Assembly: GCA_943356495.1 (NCBI GenBank) | Contig: CALRFF010000002.1 | Location: 12,596 to 76,595 of the forward strand | DNA length: 64,000 nucleotides | Source of the DNA: Candidatus Nomurabacteria bacterium | GTDB lineage: Bacteria > Patescibacteriota > Minisyncoccia > Phycocordibacterales > SBAW01 | Direction: 5' to 3' | Shown here: positions 54,719 to 63,420 of the stretch, in pieces | Layout of the letters: the number at the start of each line of letters is the position of its first letter | Numbering within the stretch: position 1 is the first letter of the stretch | Notes under the pieces: generated by a model | What the model saw: only the letters and a program-made list of their open reading frames with translations | What the model was told of the DNA's origin: nothing | The model's database searches: none | Translations under genes and position numbers: made by a program

Positions 54719-55251
54719 TGGCACTCTATTTCATTACGGGCAGTAAAAATAAGGTGGCAGAGGTTAAGGCCGTACTTCCCGAGATTGAGCAACTGGAGAT
54801 TGACTTGCCCGAAATACAGGAGCTTGATGCACACAAAATAATCGCAGCCAAGATCTTCGAGGCACGTCGACATCACAGCAACGCGTATATGGTGGAGGAT
54901 ACATCGCTGTATCTGGATGGAATGAACGGTCTACCAGGGCCCCTGAATAAATGGTTTCTTAAATCTATAGGGGAGGCCGGACTCGTTAAGCTCGCACAAA
55001 CTTTTGGTAGTGCAGGCGCGGCGCGCACCATAATCGGGTACGCCGACGAGACGGGCGCGGTAGAATTTTTTGAAGGAGAGACGCGTGGTGTAGTTGTACC
55101 TCCGCAAGGAGTGAGCCATTTTGGGTGGGATGCCATTTTTGTGCCTGAAGGACAGAGTAAATCGTATGCAGAAATGTCGATGGAAGAAAAAAATGCCATT
55201 AGCCACCGCGGCAAAGCACTCAAAAAATTGGCAGAATTTCTAAAGAAGTAA
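54718..55251 (+). CDS. rdgB: Non-canonical purine NTP pyrophosphatase (Ham1/RdgB/ITPase)
   Basis: ITG..NK..E, EDTSL, GLPGP, FGWD.IF, KN.ISHRGKA. Confidence 0.92.
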   Translation: MALYFITGSKNKVAEVKAVLPEIEQLEIDLPEIQELDAHKIIAAKIFEARRHHSNAYMVEDTSLYLDGMNGLPGPLNKWFLKSIGEAGLVKLAQTFGSAGAARTIIGYADETGAVEFFEGETRGVVVPPQGVSHFGWDAIFVPEGQSKSYAEMSMEEKNAISHRGKALKKLAEFLKK

Positions 55252-55280
55252 AAAGACTACGATATATCGTAGTCTTTTTA
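55249..55280. terminator. Perfect 32-bp palindrome, probable bidirectional terminator
   Basis: TAAAAAGACTACGATATATCGTAGTCTTTTTA between convergent rdgB and PBP genes. Confidence 0.7.
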
Positions 55281-55291
55281 TTGTCTCGTTT

Positions 55292-57523
55292 TTATTGAGG
55301 AATAATGGAGCCGCCGCTGGGGGAGAAGGCGGGGTTAAAGCTAGGGGGCACGTAGGGAATAGTCTGCGGCTGGTTGGGGCTCGAAGGGCCAGAATAGCCT
55401 CCTGCAGCGCCGTAGCGCGCTACTACGGGCGGATCCCACAGACGGAACTGGGAGTCCGTATTGGGGTTGCTCGGCGCGGGGCCCAGCGGGTCGGCTTTAT
55501 TAACCCAGTACAAAATTTCGTGTATCTGGCCGTCGCTTCCCGGTACCTGCCACTGGCCGCGCAGCACGGGCTTGAGTTGCGAGGTGTCTGTTTCGGTGCG
55601 GGTAAAGGATTCCGCGGGGACTTTGGTAAGAGCGTAGTTCATAAACTCGCTCCACGCGGGGCCGACGATAAAGCCCGAGACGCGCTTAACCATCGAGCTG
55701 TTGTCGTTGTTGCCCGCCCATACACCGACCGCAAGGTTGGGGGTGTAGCCGACCGTCCATGCGTCGCGGTAGTCGTTGGTGGTACCGGTCTTCATCGCCA
55801 CGTCGCGGCCGGGGAAGGCAAAGAGAGAATTTTCCCCCAGCGGCGCGCGGGCAACAGGGTCGGAGAGTATATCGTTTATGTCTTCTGCGGCATGTTGGGC
55901 AAGCACCTGCGAGCCGATGGCCTCGGTGTTGTCCTCTATGACATGTCCGACCGAGTCCTCTATTTTAAGTACCGCAAGCGAAGGGAAGTGCGTGCCGTTT
56001 TGTGCAAACGCGCCGTAGGCGCTCGTCATTTCAAGCAAGCTCACTTCGCCGCCGCCGAGCACCAATGTTAGGCCGTATTGGTCCGCTTGCCCAAGCGTGG
56101 TAAGTCCCATCGCTTTTGAAAGTTTAAGCACGTCGTTGATGCCGGCAAGGTACAGCACTTTAACCGCGGGTACGTTGATAGACTGCGCCAACGCCTCGCG
56201 CAGGCTCATCGGTCCGCGGAACTGGTTGTCATAGTTGACCGGCGCATAACATCCGGTGTCCGGGTCGGTAGTAAAGTCGTCGGCCTTACAGCCGGTAGAA
56301 AACTGGGTTTGCACGTCAAACACAACGGTGGCCGGGGTGTACCCTTCGCTAAACGCTTGCGCGTAGGCAAAGGGTTTAAAGGCCGAGCCCGGCTGACGCT
56401 CGGCGAGCGCGATATTGTAGTTGCCCTCTATGGCGTCGTCAAAATAGTCGCGCGAGCCCACCATGGCCAATATGTGGCCGGTCTTAGGGTCAATGGCGAC
56501 AAGTCCCATGTTGGTGGCGTTGTATTTGTCGACGTTGGCAAGCGCATTGCGGTTAACTATCTCCTCGGCATGGGTTTGCAGGTCTACATCGAGCGAGGTA
56601 GTTATCTTCCATCCGCCGGCGTCGAGTGCGTCTTGGCCGTACTTGTCTTCGAGGTACTGCTGCACATAAAAGACAAAGTGCGGCGCCACTATCGAGTTTT
56701 TACGCTGCGGCAAAAAGTCCACTGTAGCTACTTTGGCTTCGTCGCGCTGCGTTTCAGTGATGTAGCCATGCTCAAACATTTTGTCGAGCACCAAGTTTTT
56801 GCGCGCGTCGAGCCTGTCTTTGTGGTTGCCGTACGGCGAATAAAAAGTGGGGGCGGGCATCACGGCGGCAAGATAGGCGGCCTCGGCGATAGAAAGGTCG
56901 CTCGCCGCTTTGCCAAAAAAACCTTCCGACGCGGCCTCGGCACCGTACATAGGCCCTCCATAGGGCGCTTGGTTTAAGTATATTTCGAGTATTTGGTCTT
57001 TGGTAAGCGTACGCTCGAGCTTGAGCGCGAGTATCCACTCTTTGAGTTTGCGGGTAATACTTTTATCGTTGGTCAGCAGCGTCAGCTTTACCACCTGCTG
57101 GGTAATAGTGGAACCGCCCTGGTCAAACTTGAGGGTTGTAAGGTCGACAAACAGCGCGCGCATAATACCCATGGGTGAAATACCGCGGTGTTGGTAAAAT
57201 GCCGGGTCTTCAATCGCAATGGTCGCCGCCTGTATGTTGGTGCTTATCTTGGTAAGCGGCACCACGGTGCGATCGACGTTTTGGTTAAGGTCGTACAGCA
57301 GTACCTGCCCGGTGCGGTCAAATATCTGCACCGACTGGTCTATGCGGCGGTTTTCGAGTGCGGAAAGGTCGGGTATTTGGAGCGTGGCGGCCCACAGCAT
57401 GGTGCCCCCTACAAACACCAAACCGGCGCTTATGACCCATATACCGATGAGCCGCCAGTGATGGCGGACAAAGCGCAAACCGTCTTTGAGCCCCCGGCGG
57501 GCCCTAAGGAGAAACCGGTGCAT
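55292..57523 (-). CDS. Class A penicillin-binding protein (PBP1A family)
   Basis: IED..FY.H.G, GGSTITQQ, RK..E; transpeptidase SAFK, SIN, KTGT. Confidence 0.95.
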   Translation of the reverse strand: MHRFLLRARRGLKDGLRFVRHHWRLIGIWVISAGLVFVGGTMLWAATLQIPDLSALENRRIDQSVQIFDRTGQVLLYDLNQNVDRTVVPLTKISTNIQAATIAIEDPAFYQHRGISPMGIMRALFVDLTTLKFDQGGSTITQQVVKLTLLTNDKSITRKLKEWILALKLERTLTKDQILEIYLNQAPYGGPMYGAEAASEGFFGKAASDLSIAEAAYLAAVMPAPTFYSPYGNHKDRLDARKNLVLDKMFEHGYITETQRDEAKVATVDFLPQRKNSIVAPHFVFYVQQYLEDKYGQDALDAGGWKITTSLDVDLQTHAEEIVNRNALANVDKYNATNMGLVAIDPKTGHILAMVGSRDYFDDAIEGNYNIALAERQPGSAFKPFAYAQAFSEGYTPATVVFDVQTQFSTGCKADDFTTDPDTGCYAPVNYDNQFRGPMSLREALAQSINVPAVKVLYLAGINDVLKLSKAMGLTTLGQADQYGLTLVLGGGEVSLLEMTSAYGAFAQNGTHFPSLAVLKIEDSVGHVIEDNTEAIGSQVLAQHAAEDINDILSDPVARAPLGENSLFAFPGRDVAMKTGTTNDYRDAWTVGYTPNLAVGVWAGNNDNSSMVKRVSGFIVGPAWSEFMNYALTKVPAESFTRTETDTSQLKPVLRGQWQVPGSDGQIHEILYWVNKADPLGPAPSNPNTDSQFRLWDPPVVARYGAAGGYSGPSSPNQPQTIPYVPPSFNPAFSPSGGSIIPQ

Positions 57524-57543
57524 TAGTGTAGTATATAACAAAT

Positions 57544-58731
57544 ATGGGGTTTTTCAGCCGCAAGCCAAAACTCAACACTACGGGCACCTCTATGAAGTTA
57601 TCCGGAATTCTCCGCGAGCGCGGGTATGTACACCAACACTCCGCAGGGCTCGAAGAAATAACCGACGGTGCGCAGCGCACGGTGTACCAAGGTTTTGATC
57701 CTTCGGCGGATTCCTTGCATGTAGGTAATTTGATGGGCTTGTTGGTGATGCGCCGCTTTTTGGAGGCCGGACACAAAGTACTATTTGTATTGGGCGGCGG
57801 CACCGGCATGATAGGGGACCCGTCCGGTAAAAGCGAAGAGCGTGTACTGCTCACACCCGGCCAGGTTGCTCATAACGGCAAGCTCATCGCAAAACAGGCT
57901 GCAGCGTTGCTCGGCTCCGGCGACTTTCGCGTGGTCAACAACGCCGACTGGCTCGGTAAAGCGAACCTGCTTGAGTTTTTGCGCGACGTAGGCAAACACT
58001 TTTCGGTAAACGCAATGATCCAACGCGACTCGGTCAAAGAGCGTCTTGACGGCCGCGAGCAGGGGATCTCATACACCGAGTTTTCCTATATGTTGTTGCA
58101 AGCGTATGACTTCCTGTATCTACACGAGCATTACGGCTGTGATTGGCAACACGGCTCGTCCGACCAATGGGGCAATATTGTCTCCGGTATCGATCTTATC
58201 CGACGCAAAACCGGTAAGACGGCATACGGGACTACCCACGGGCTATTGATAAATAAATCAACCGGAAAAAAGTTTGGTAAAACCGAAGGAGGAGCTGTAT
58301 GGCTTGACCCGACAAAAACGAGCCCGTTTGAGTTTTACCAATTTTGGCTCAACACCAGCGACGCCGACGTGGAGGAGTATCTGCTTAAGATGACGCTGTT
58401 GCCTAAAGCCGACATCGACGCGGTCATGGTGGAGCAAAAAGCCGCCCCTTCCTCGCGCGCTGCGCAAAAAAAGCTGGCCTACGAGGTCACCACTTTGGTG
58501 CATGGGGCCTCAGAGGCGGACAAAGCGCGAGACTTCAAAAATATACCCACCATACTTGCAGGCAAGTTACGCGATGCGATTAAAGATGTTTCGACAAGCG
58601 AATTGCGCCGGTTGGTTGAGCAGGGGGGTGTCTCGATCGAAGGCGGCGAAAAGATAACCACCATCGACGAGCAACTGGTTGCCGGCAGCACGGTGCGCGT
58701 GGGTAAGAAAAAGTTTTACCGGGTCGAATAG
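57544..58731 (+). CDS. tyrS: Tyrosine--tRNA ligase
   Basis: GFDPSADSLHVGN, GDPSGK, Y.LLQAYDF, DQWGNI, KFGKT; alternative start 57592. Confidence 0.96.
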   Translation: MGFFSRKPKLNTTGTSMKLSGILRERGYVHQHSAGLEEITDGAQRTVYQGFDPSADSLHVGNLMGLLVMRRFLEAGHKVLFVLGGGTGMIGDPSGKSEERVLLTPGQVAHNGKLIAKQAAALLGSGDFRVVNNADWLGKANLLEFLRDVGKHFSVNAMIQRDSVKERLDGREQGISYTEFSYMLLQAYDFLYLHEHYGCDWQHGSSDQWGNIVSGIDLIRRKTGKTAYGTTHGLLINKSTGKKFGKTEGGAVWLDPTKTSPFEFYQFWLNTSDADVEEYLLKMTLLPKADIDAVMVEQKAAPSSRAAQKKLAYEVTTLVHGASEADKARDFKNIPTILAGKLRDAIKDVSTSELRRLVEQGGVSIEGGEKITTIDEQLVAGSTVRVGKKKFYRVE

Positions 58732-58761
58732 CAAACCCCCGCAGGTGCGGGGGTTTGCTAT
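58728..58761. terminator. Bidirectional terminator hairpin
   Basis: ATAGCAAACCCCCGC...GCGGGGGTTTGCTAT. Confidence 0.75.
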
Positions 58762-58881
58762 TTACAACTCTTCTTCCTCTTCGACTGCGGGGACTTCCGT
58801 CTCCTCAGCTTCTTCCTCTTCGCTAAGGCCGTCTTCGTCCAGTTCCGGCTCGTCGAGCAAGAACTCCTCTAACTCGTCCAT
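58762..58881 (-). CDS. 39-aa hyper-acidic peptide (not in ORF track)
   Basis: MDELEEFLLDEPELDEDGLSEEEEAEETEVPAVEEEEEL; stop lies directly before the terminator. Confidence 0.6.
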   Translation of the reverse strand: MDELEEFLLDEPELDEDGLSEEEEAEETEVPAVEEEEEL

Positions 58882-58942
58882 GGTTTTGCGCTGGTTACTT
58901 ACTAATTTTTTTAAAGGGACAAACACCAGAAGTTATATCAAC

Positions 58943-59425
58943 TTATCGGCGCGACGCAAGGCAGGTAATCCCCACGGCAATAGCATCAAGCTCGTCGTCA
59001 AGCCGGGGGCGCTTGGGCAGCTCGATAAGTTTAGGCACCATAAGCGCAATGGCGGCCTTGCTGCTGCCTCCGTGGCCGGTCACCGCCACCTTAACTTCGC
59101 TCGGGGTGTACTGGTAGACCTCGAGCCCGCGTGTTGCGGCCAGATAGGTTAAGACTCCGCGTACCTCGGCTACTTGCATAGCGGTCTTTGCGTTCTTTTC
59201 AAAAAAGACTTCCTCAAGCGCTACGGCTCCGGGCTGCCACTCCTGTATAAGCGCTTCGGCGGCGGCGCCCACTAACTTCAGACGTTCGTGAAAAGGAAGG
59301 TCGGCGGGCGTGCGCACACACTCGGAGTGCAGCAGCACCTCTTTACCTTTTTGCTTTTCGAGCACGGCCGCACCTAGGCGCTCGTAGCCGGGGTCAAATG
59401 CGAGTACTCGGGTGTTACGCGGCAT
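58943..59425 (-). CDS. ruvC: Holliday junction resolvase RuvC
   Basis: DPG, EE.FF, P..VK..VTG.G...K, DDELDAIA. Confidence 0.94.
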   Translation of the reverse strand: MPRNTRVLAFDPGYERLGAAVLEKQKGKEVLLHSECVRTPADLPFHERLKLVGAAAEALIQEWQPGAVALEEVFFEKNAKTAMQVAEVRGVLTYLAATRGLEVYQYTPSEVKVAVTGHGGSSKAAIALMVPKLIELPKRPRLDDELDAIAVGITCLASRR

Positions 59426-59945
59426 TGGTGTAAATGTCGTTTACATCGTCGTGGTCCTCCAGCGCATCGCTTAGCTCCGCCATTTTTTGGGCATCTTCGT
59501 CGCTCAACTCAATAGGGGAGAGCGCCTCGAGTTTGCCCTCCGTGTTTTTAGTAAACGCCCACATAGCGGCACCGGGGTTGGCAAGCGAACCGCCGTGAAG
59601 CGAGAGAAGATGCTTCAATTCTTGCACCGTGCGGTTGCGGCTGTCGGTGTAGCCCTCTATCACCAACGCGCAGCCGCCGGGACCGTAAGCCTCGTATACT
59701 ACCTGCTCGACCGCGGCGCCCTCGCCCGAGCCTTTGGCTAGCGCGCGTTCTATATTGTCGGCGGGCATGTTGGCGGCCTTGGCTTTCTCTACCGCGGTGC
59801 GCACTCCGGCGGCATTGCGGTCGCCTTTGGATTTTTTTATCTCGATGGTGATAAACCGCACGAGCTTGCTAAAGGTTTTTGCCTTTTGGGCGTCGGTCTT
59901 GCCTTTAACGTGCTTGAGCTTGGCCCATTTGCTATGTCCTGCCAT
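59415..59945 (-). CDS. yebC: YebC/PmpR family protein (internally shortened, 176 aa)
   Basis: MAGHSKW, NMP.DNIERA, YEAYGPGG, RNRT, LED.DDV..IY.N. Confidence 0.93.
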   Translation of the reverse strand: MAGHSKWAKLKHVKGKTDAQKAKTFSKLVRFITIEIKKSKGDRNAAGVRTAVEKAKAANMPADNIERALAKGSGEGAAVEQVVYEAYGPGGCALVIEGYTDSRNRTVQELKHLLSLHGGSLANPGAAMWAFTKNTEGKLEALSPIELSDEDAQKMAELSDALEDHDDVNDIYTNAA

Positions 59946-59961
59946 ATCAAAAGAGAATACT

Positions 59962-60963
59962 CTACAAAAGTTTTTGGTTCAAATCTTTGGGGACCTCTTT
60001 ACCTAAATGCTCATACGCGCTTGCGGTGGCGACGCGGCCGCGGGGCGTGCGCTCGATGAGGCCGAGTTGCAAGAGAAACGGCTCGTGCACCTCGGAGATG
60101 GTGGCAGGCTCTTCGGAGAGCGCCGCGGCAAGCGCGTTAACGCCGGCGGGGCCGCCGTTAAAACGCTCTATCAGTACGGCGAGGAGTTTGCGGTCGAGCG
60201 GCGTAAGACCAAGGGCGTCAACCTCGAGCATGCCCAAAGAGTCGTCGACCATTTGTTTAGTAAGCCCCGAACGTTTAAGTTGCGCGTAGTCGCGGGCGCG
60301 CTTAAGCAGATAGTTAGCGGTGCGCGGGGTAGCGCGGGCGCGCTTGGCAATTTCTTGCACGCCGTCTTTGTCTATTTCAACGCCGAGTATGCCGGCCGAG
60401 CGCTTAACAATTTTGGCGATATCATCCTCGCTATAAAACTCGAGCCTAAAGGTGCCGCCGCTAAAACGGCTGCGTAGCGGTGCCGAGAGGTCGGCGACAC
60501 GCGTGGTGGCGGCAATAAGCGTAAACGGCGGCAGGGGCAGTTCAATGGTGCGCGCGCTCGGGCCTTTGCCGATAATAATGTTGAGCATGCCCGACTCCAT
60601 AGCGGGGTAGAGCACCTCTTCGATGCTGCGGGAAAGCCGGTGAATTTCGTCGATAAACAAAATGTCTCCGCTGCCCATGTTGGTAAGGAGGGCGGCCAAG
60701 TCACCGACTTTTTCAATGGCAGGCCCCGAGGTCGAGCGCAGTTGGCCACCCAGTTCGTGAGCTATTAAGTGGGCAAGAGTGGTCTTGCCGAGCCCTGGGG
60801 GGCCGTAAAAAAGGATATGTTCGGGCGGGGAGGAGCGCTCTTTGGCGGCCGAAATAAGGATATGAAGGTTGTTTTTGATGCTTTCCTGCCCCACATACTC
60901 GTCCCACGACGAGGGGCGTAGGGTGGCGTCCAAAAAGACAGGATCTTCGGCAGGGCTTGACAT
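59962..60963 (-). CDS. ruvB: Holliday junction branch migration helicase RuvB
   Basis: LRP, GPPGLGKTT, FIDEIHRL, PLRSRF, TPR, RTPRGR. Confidence 0.97.
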   Translation of the reverse strand: MSSPAEDPVFLDATLRPSSWDEYVGQESIKNNLHILISAAKERSSPPEHILFYGPPGLGKTTLAHLIAHELGGQLRSTSGPAIEKVGDLAALLTNMGSGDILFIDEIHRLSRSIEEVLYPAMESGMLNIIIGKGPSARTIELPLPPFTLIAATTRVADLSAPLRSRFSGGTFRLEFYSEDDIAKIVKRSAGILGVEIDKDGVQEIAKRARATPRTANYLLKRARDYAQLKRSGLTKQMVDDSLGMLEVDALGLTPLDRKLLAVLIERFNGGPAGVNALAAALSEEPATISEVHEPFLLQLGLIERTPRGRVATASAYEHLGKEVPKDLNQKLL

Positions 60964-61021
60964 GGAAATGATAGTATGCTAGGCTCTTTAGTAGCAGTGC
61001 TCTCCCACCGGGGGATTTTTT

Positions 61022-61190
61022 GTTGGGAAGAGTACACCCTCAAGCAATACGACTTAACCGTTTTGACACCGTACCGAGGACGTTCCGGCCTTTTGTTTAT
61101 TCAAACTGCCGCGGGGACTATCCTTATCTACGCCTGTCGCTTCATCGCTTGCGATGATGTGTATTGCTTGGTGGTGTACTCGCCCTAACC
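61022..61190 (+). ncRNA. Candidate 6S-like structured ncRNA
   Basis: GAGTACACC..CAAGCAATAC pairs with GTATTGCTTG..GGTGTACTC; central bubble with CATCG-CTTG-CGATG hairpin on the 3' side; terminator follows. Confidence 0.6.
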
Positions 61191-61208
61191 CTTTCAACTT
61201 TACACCCC

Positions 61209-61245
61209 CAGAAACCGCACGCAAGATGGCGGTTTTCTGTTTTTA
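61209..61245. terminator. Intrinsic terminator
   Basis: CAGAAACCGC...GCGGTTTTCTG followed by a T tract. Confidence 0.65.
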
Positions 61246-61255
61246 TGTCGTCTAT

Positions 61256-62938
61256 TTAGGCCAGCGCGTCGAGGTCTACCACGCGGCGTAGCTCATCAAG
61301 AGAGGTAACCCCGCGCAGAATTTTGATAATCCCGTCTTCCGGCATAGTGGGGATACCCTGCGGGCGGGCCGCCGCTGCCACCTCGCGCTCGCTCGGCTTG
61401 TTGCGCAAAATTTCTTCGATAGCGCGGTCCATAAACACCGCCTCAAAAATACCGATGCGGCCTTTGTACCCGCGCCCGTGGCACGCCTCGCACCCCTGTG
61501 GGTTAGCGTCGTATAGGTTGGCGGTGTCGCCGGGTACCAACGCGCGGTCGACTACATTTTTTAATATGCGGTCGATAAGCGCGCGCTCCTCGGTTGTGGC
61601 GGGGCGTTGTTTTTTACATTTCTCGCACAGTTTGCGGACCAAGCGCTGCGCGAGCGCGACATTGACCGACGAGGACAGCACCTTTTCTGAAACCCCGAGG
61701 TCAATCAGGCGGGGGAAGGAGCCCGCGGCATTGTTGGTGTGGAGCGTCGAGAACACGAGGTGGCCGGTAAGCGCGGCGTTAATCGCCGTTTCGGCCACCT
61801 CGGCGTCGCGGATTTCGCCGACCATGATAATGTCGGGGTCCTGCCGGAGCGCGCTGCGCAAACCGTTGGCGAAGGTGTAGTTTTTTTTATCGACCTGTGT
61901 CTGCACAATGCCCTGCAGGTGGTACTCGATAGGGTCTTCGATGGTAATTATTTTGGTCGAAGGGGAGTTTACTTTGCGCAAAAAAGCGTACAAGGTGGTG
62001 GTTTTACCCGAGCCGGTCGGGCCGGTCGTGAGTATCATGCCGTTAGGCTTGGTAATTTCTTTTTCGATCCGCAGGCGCAGTTTTTCCTCCAACCCCAGCT
62101 GCTCGAGCGGCACTACTATCGACTGCGGGTTAAGGATACGCAGCACCACCGTCTCGGCATAGTTACCGGGGAGCACCGAGGTGCGCAACTCTATCTCGTC
62201 GCCTTTTATTTTTATCGAAAAGCGGCCGTCCTGCGCGTCGCCGTCAACGTTGAGCTTAAGGCCCGACAAGAGCTTAAGGCGGCTGAGCATCAGCTTGTAG
62301 GTGTCGTGGTCGAAGGTGAGTGCGTCGGTAAGCACACCGTCTAAACGGTAGCGCAGACGCACCGCCGCGTCCTCCGGCTCAAAGTGCACATCACTAGCGC
62401 CGGTAGCAAGCCCGCCCGCTAAAATAACTTCCAGTATCCGCGTAATGCGGTATGCACGCTTAAGCTCGACCGCCTCTTGTATAAGTTTTCCTACGTCTTC
62501 GAGCCCGCTCACTTTTGCCAGCAGCTCCTCAAGCTCTTCGTTGGAAAGCTCAAACACCCCCGCCTTGGTTTGTGTGGCGTAGGAAAGGTCGGCATAGCGC
62601 TGATACGCGCGGGCAAGGCTGGCCTGTGAGCACATAAACACCGTTACGGCAAAGCCTTTTTCGGTCAGTTTGGCGACGATTTGTTTGACGGTCGGATGTT
62701 CGGGCGCGCGCGCGGCAAGCGACACGCGTTTGCCCACTTGGCCAAACACCGCCACCTCGGCGGCGCGCGCCTCTTGCTCGCCAAGCAGGCGCAAAGCGTC
62801 GACATTGACCGCCACCAAAGAAAGGTCGACGTACTCGACGCCGTATTTATGCGACAATACCTGCGCCAACTCCTCTTCCTCGCGGCGGCGCAAAAAGTCT
62901 ATGCGTTTCTCCTGCTCTTGGTCGGCAAAAACTACCAT
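61256..62938 (-). CDS. pilB: Type IV pilus assembly ATPase PilB/GspE
   Basis: ASDVHFEP, QDGRF, GPTGSGKTT, TIEDPIEY, LRQDPDIIMVGEIRD, STLHTN, C..C/C..C zinc motif. Confidence 0.93.
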   Translation of the reverse strand: MVVFADQEQEKRIDFLRRREEEELAQVLSHKYGVEYVDLSLVAVNVDALRLLGEQEARAAEVAVFGQVGKRVSLAARAPEHPTVKQIVAKLTEKGFAVTVFMCSQASLARAYQRYADLSYATQTKAGVFELSNEELEELLAKVSGLEDVGKLIQEAVELKRAYRITRILEVILAGGLATGASDVHFEPEDAAVRLRYRLDGVLTDALTFDHDTYKLMLSRLKLLSGLKLNVDGDAQDGRFSIKIKGDEIELRTSVLPGNYAETVVLRILNPQSIVVPLEQLGLEEKLRLRIEKEITKPNGMILTTGPTGSGKTTTLYAFLRKVNSPSTKIITIEDPIEYHLQGIVQTQVDKKNYTFANGLRSALRQDPDIIMVGEIRDAEVAETAINAALTGHLVFSTLHTNNAAGSFPRLIDLGVSEKVLSSSVNVALAQRLVRKLCEKCKKQRPATTEERALIDRILKNVVDRALVPGDTANLYDANPQGCEACHGRGYKGRIGIFEAVFMDRAIEEILRNKPSEREVAAAARPQGIPTMPEDGIIKILRGVTSLDELRRVVDLDALA

Positions 62939-62955
62939 AAGGTATATTGTACCGT

Positions 62956-63420
62956 ATGCAGAAAGTGCTTTTAAAAGATCTGTCCGAGTTTGCGGGCAAC
63001 GTACTTGCCACGGTATGGATGGGCGGGCCGCAACACAAAGCTACTATCATCGCTTTGCGCGGCGACTTGGGCGCGGGCAAAACCACCTTTGTGCAGGCGC
63101 TGTGCAAACGGCTTGGTATTACGGCAACCGTGCAAAGCCCGACCTATGTGTTAATGAAAAGCTACCCGCTTGAGGGTCCGACCACGACATTCGGCGCGCC
63201 GCGCCGCTTTAACCGCGTTGTGCACATAGATGCGTACCGGCTTGAGAAGCCTCAAGAATTCTCCGCGCTCAAACCCGAGCAGTTTTTGCAAGACCCGAGC
63301 GCTCTGGTGTTGGTCGAGTGGCCTGAAAAGCTCGGCACCCTGTTGCCCAAGCCTACTCTGACGGTCGTTTTTTCGGCAGAGGCGGCGGGGGAGGGAGAGA
63401 GGTATATTGAGGTGATATGA
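62956..63420 (+). CDS. tsaE: tRNA threonylcarbamoyladenosine biosynthesis ATPase TsaE
   Basis: GDLGAGKTTF, SPTY, HIDAYRL, VEW. Confidence 0.94.
   Translation: MQKVLLKDLSEFAGNVLATVWMGGPQHKATIIALRGDLGAGKTTFVQALCKRLGITATVQSPTYVLMKSYPLEGPTTTFGAPRRFNRVVHIDAYRLEKPQEFSALKPEQFLQDPSALVLVEWPEKLGTLLPKPTLTVVFSAEAAGEGERYIEVI

Noticed and set aside
60976-61188. 70-aa ORF in the ruvB-pilB gap
   Set aside because: No initiation signal or recognisable features; the long terminal complementarity favours an RNA, though coding is not excluded.
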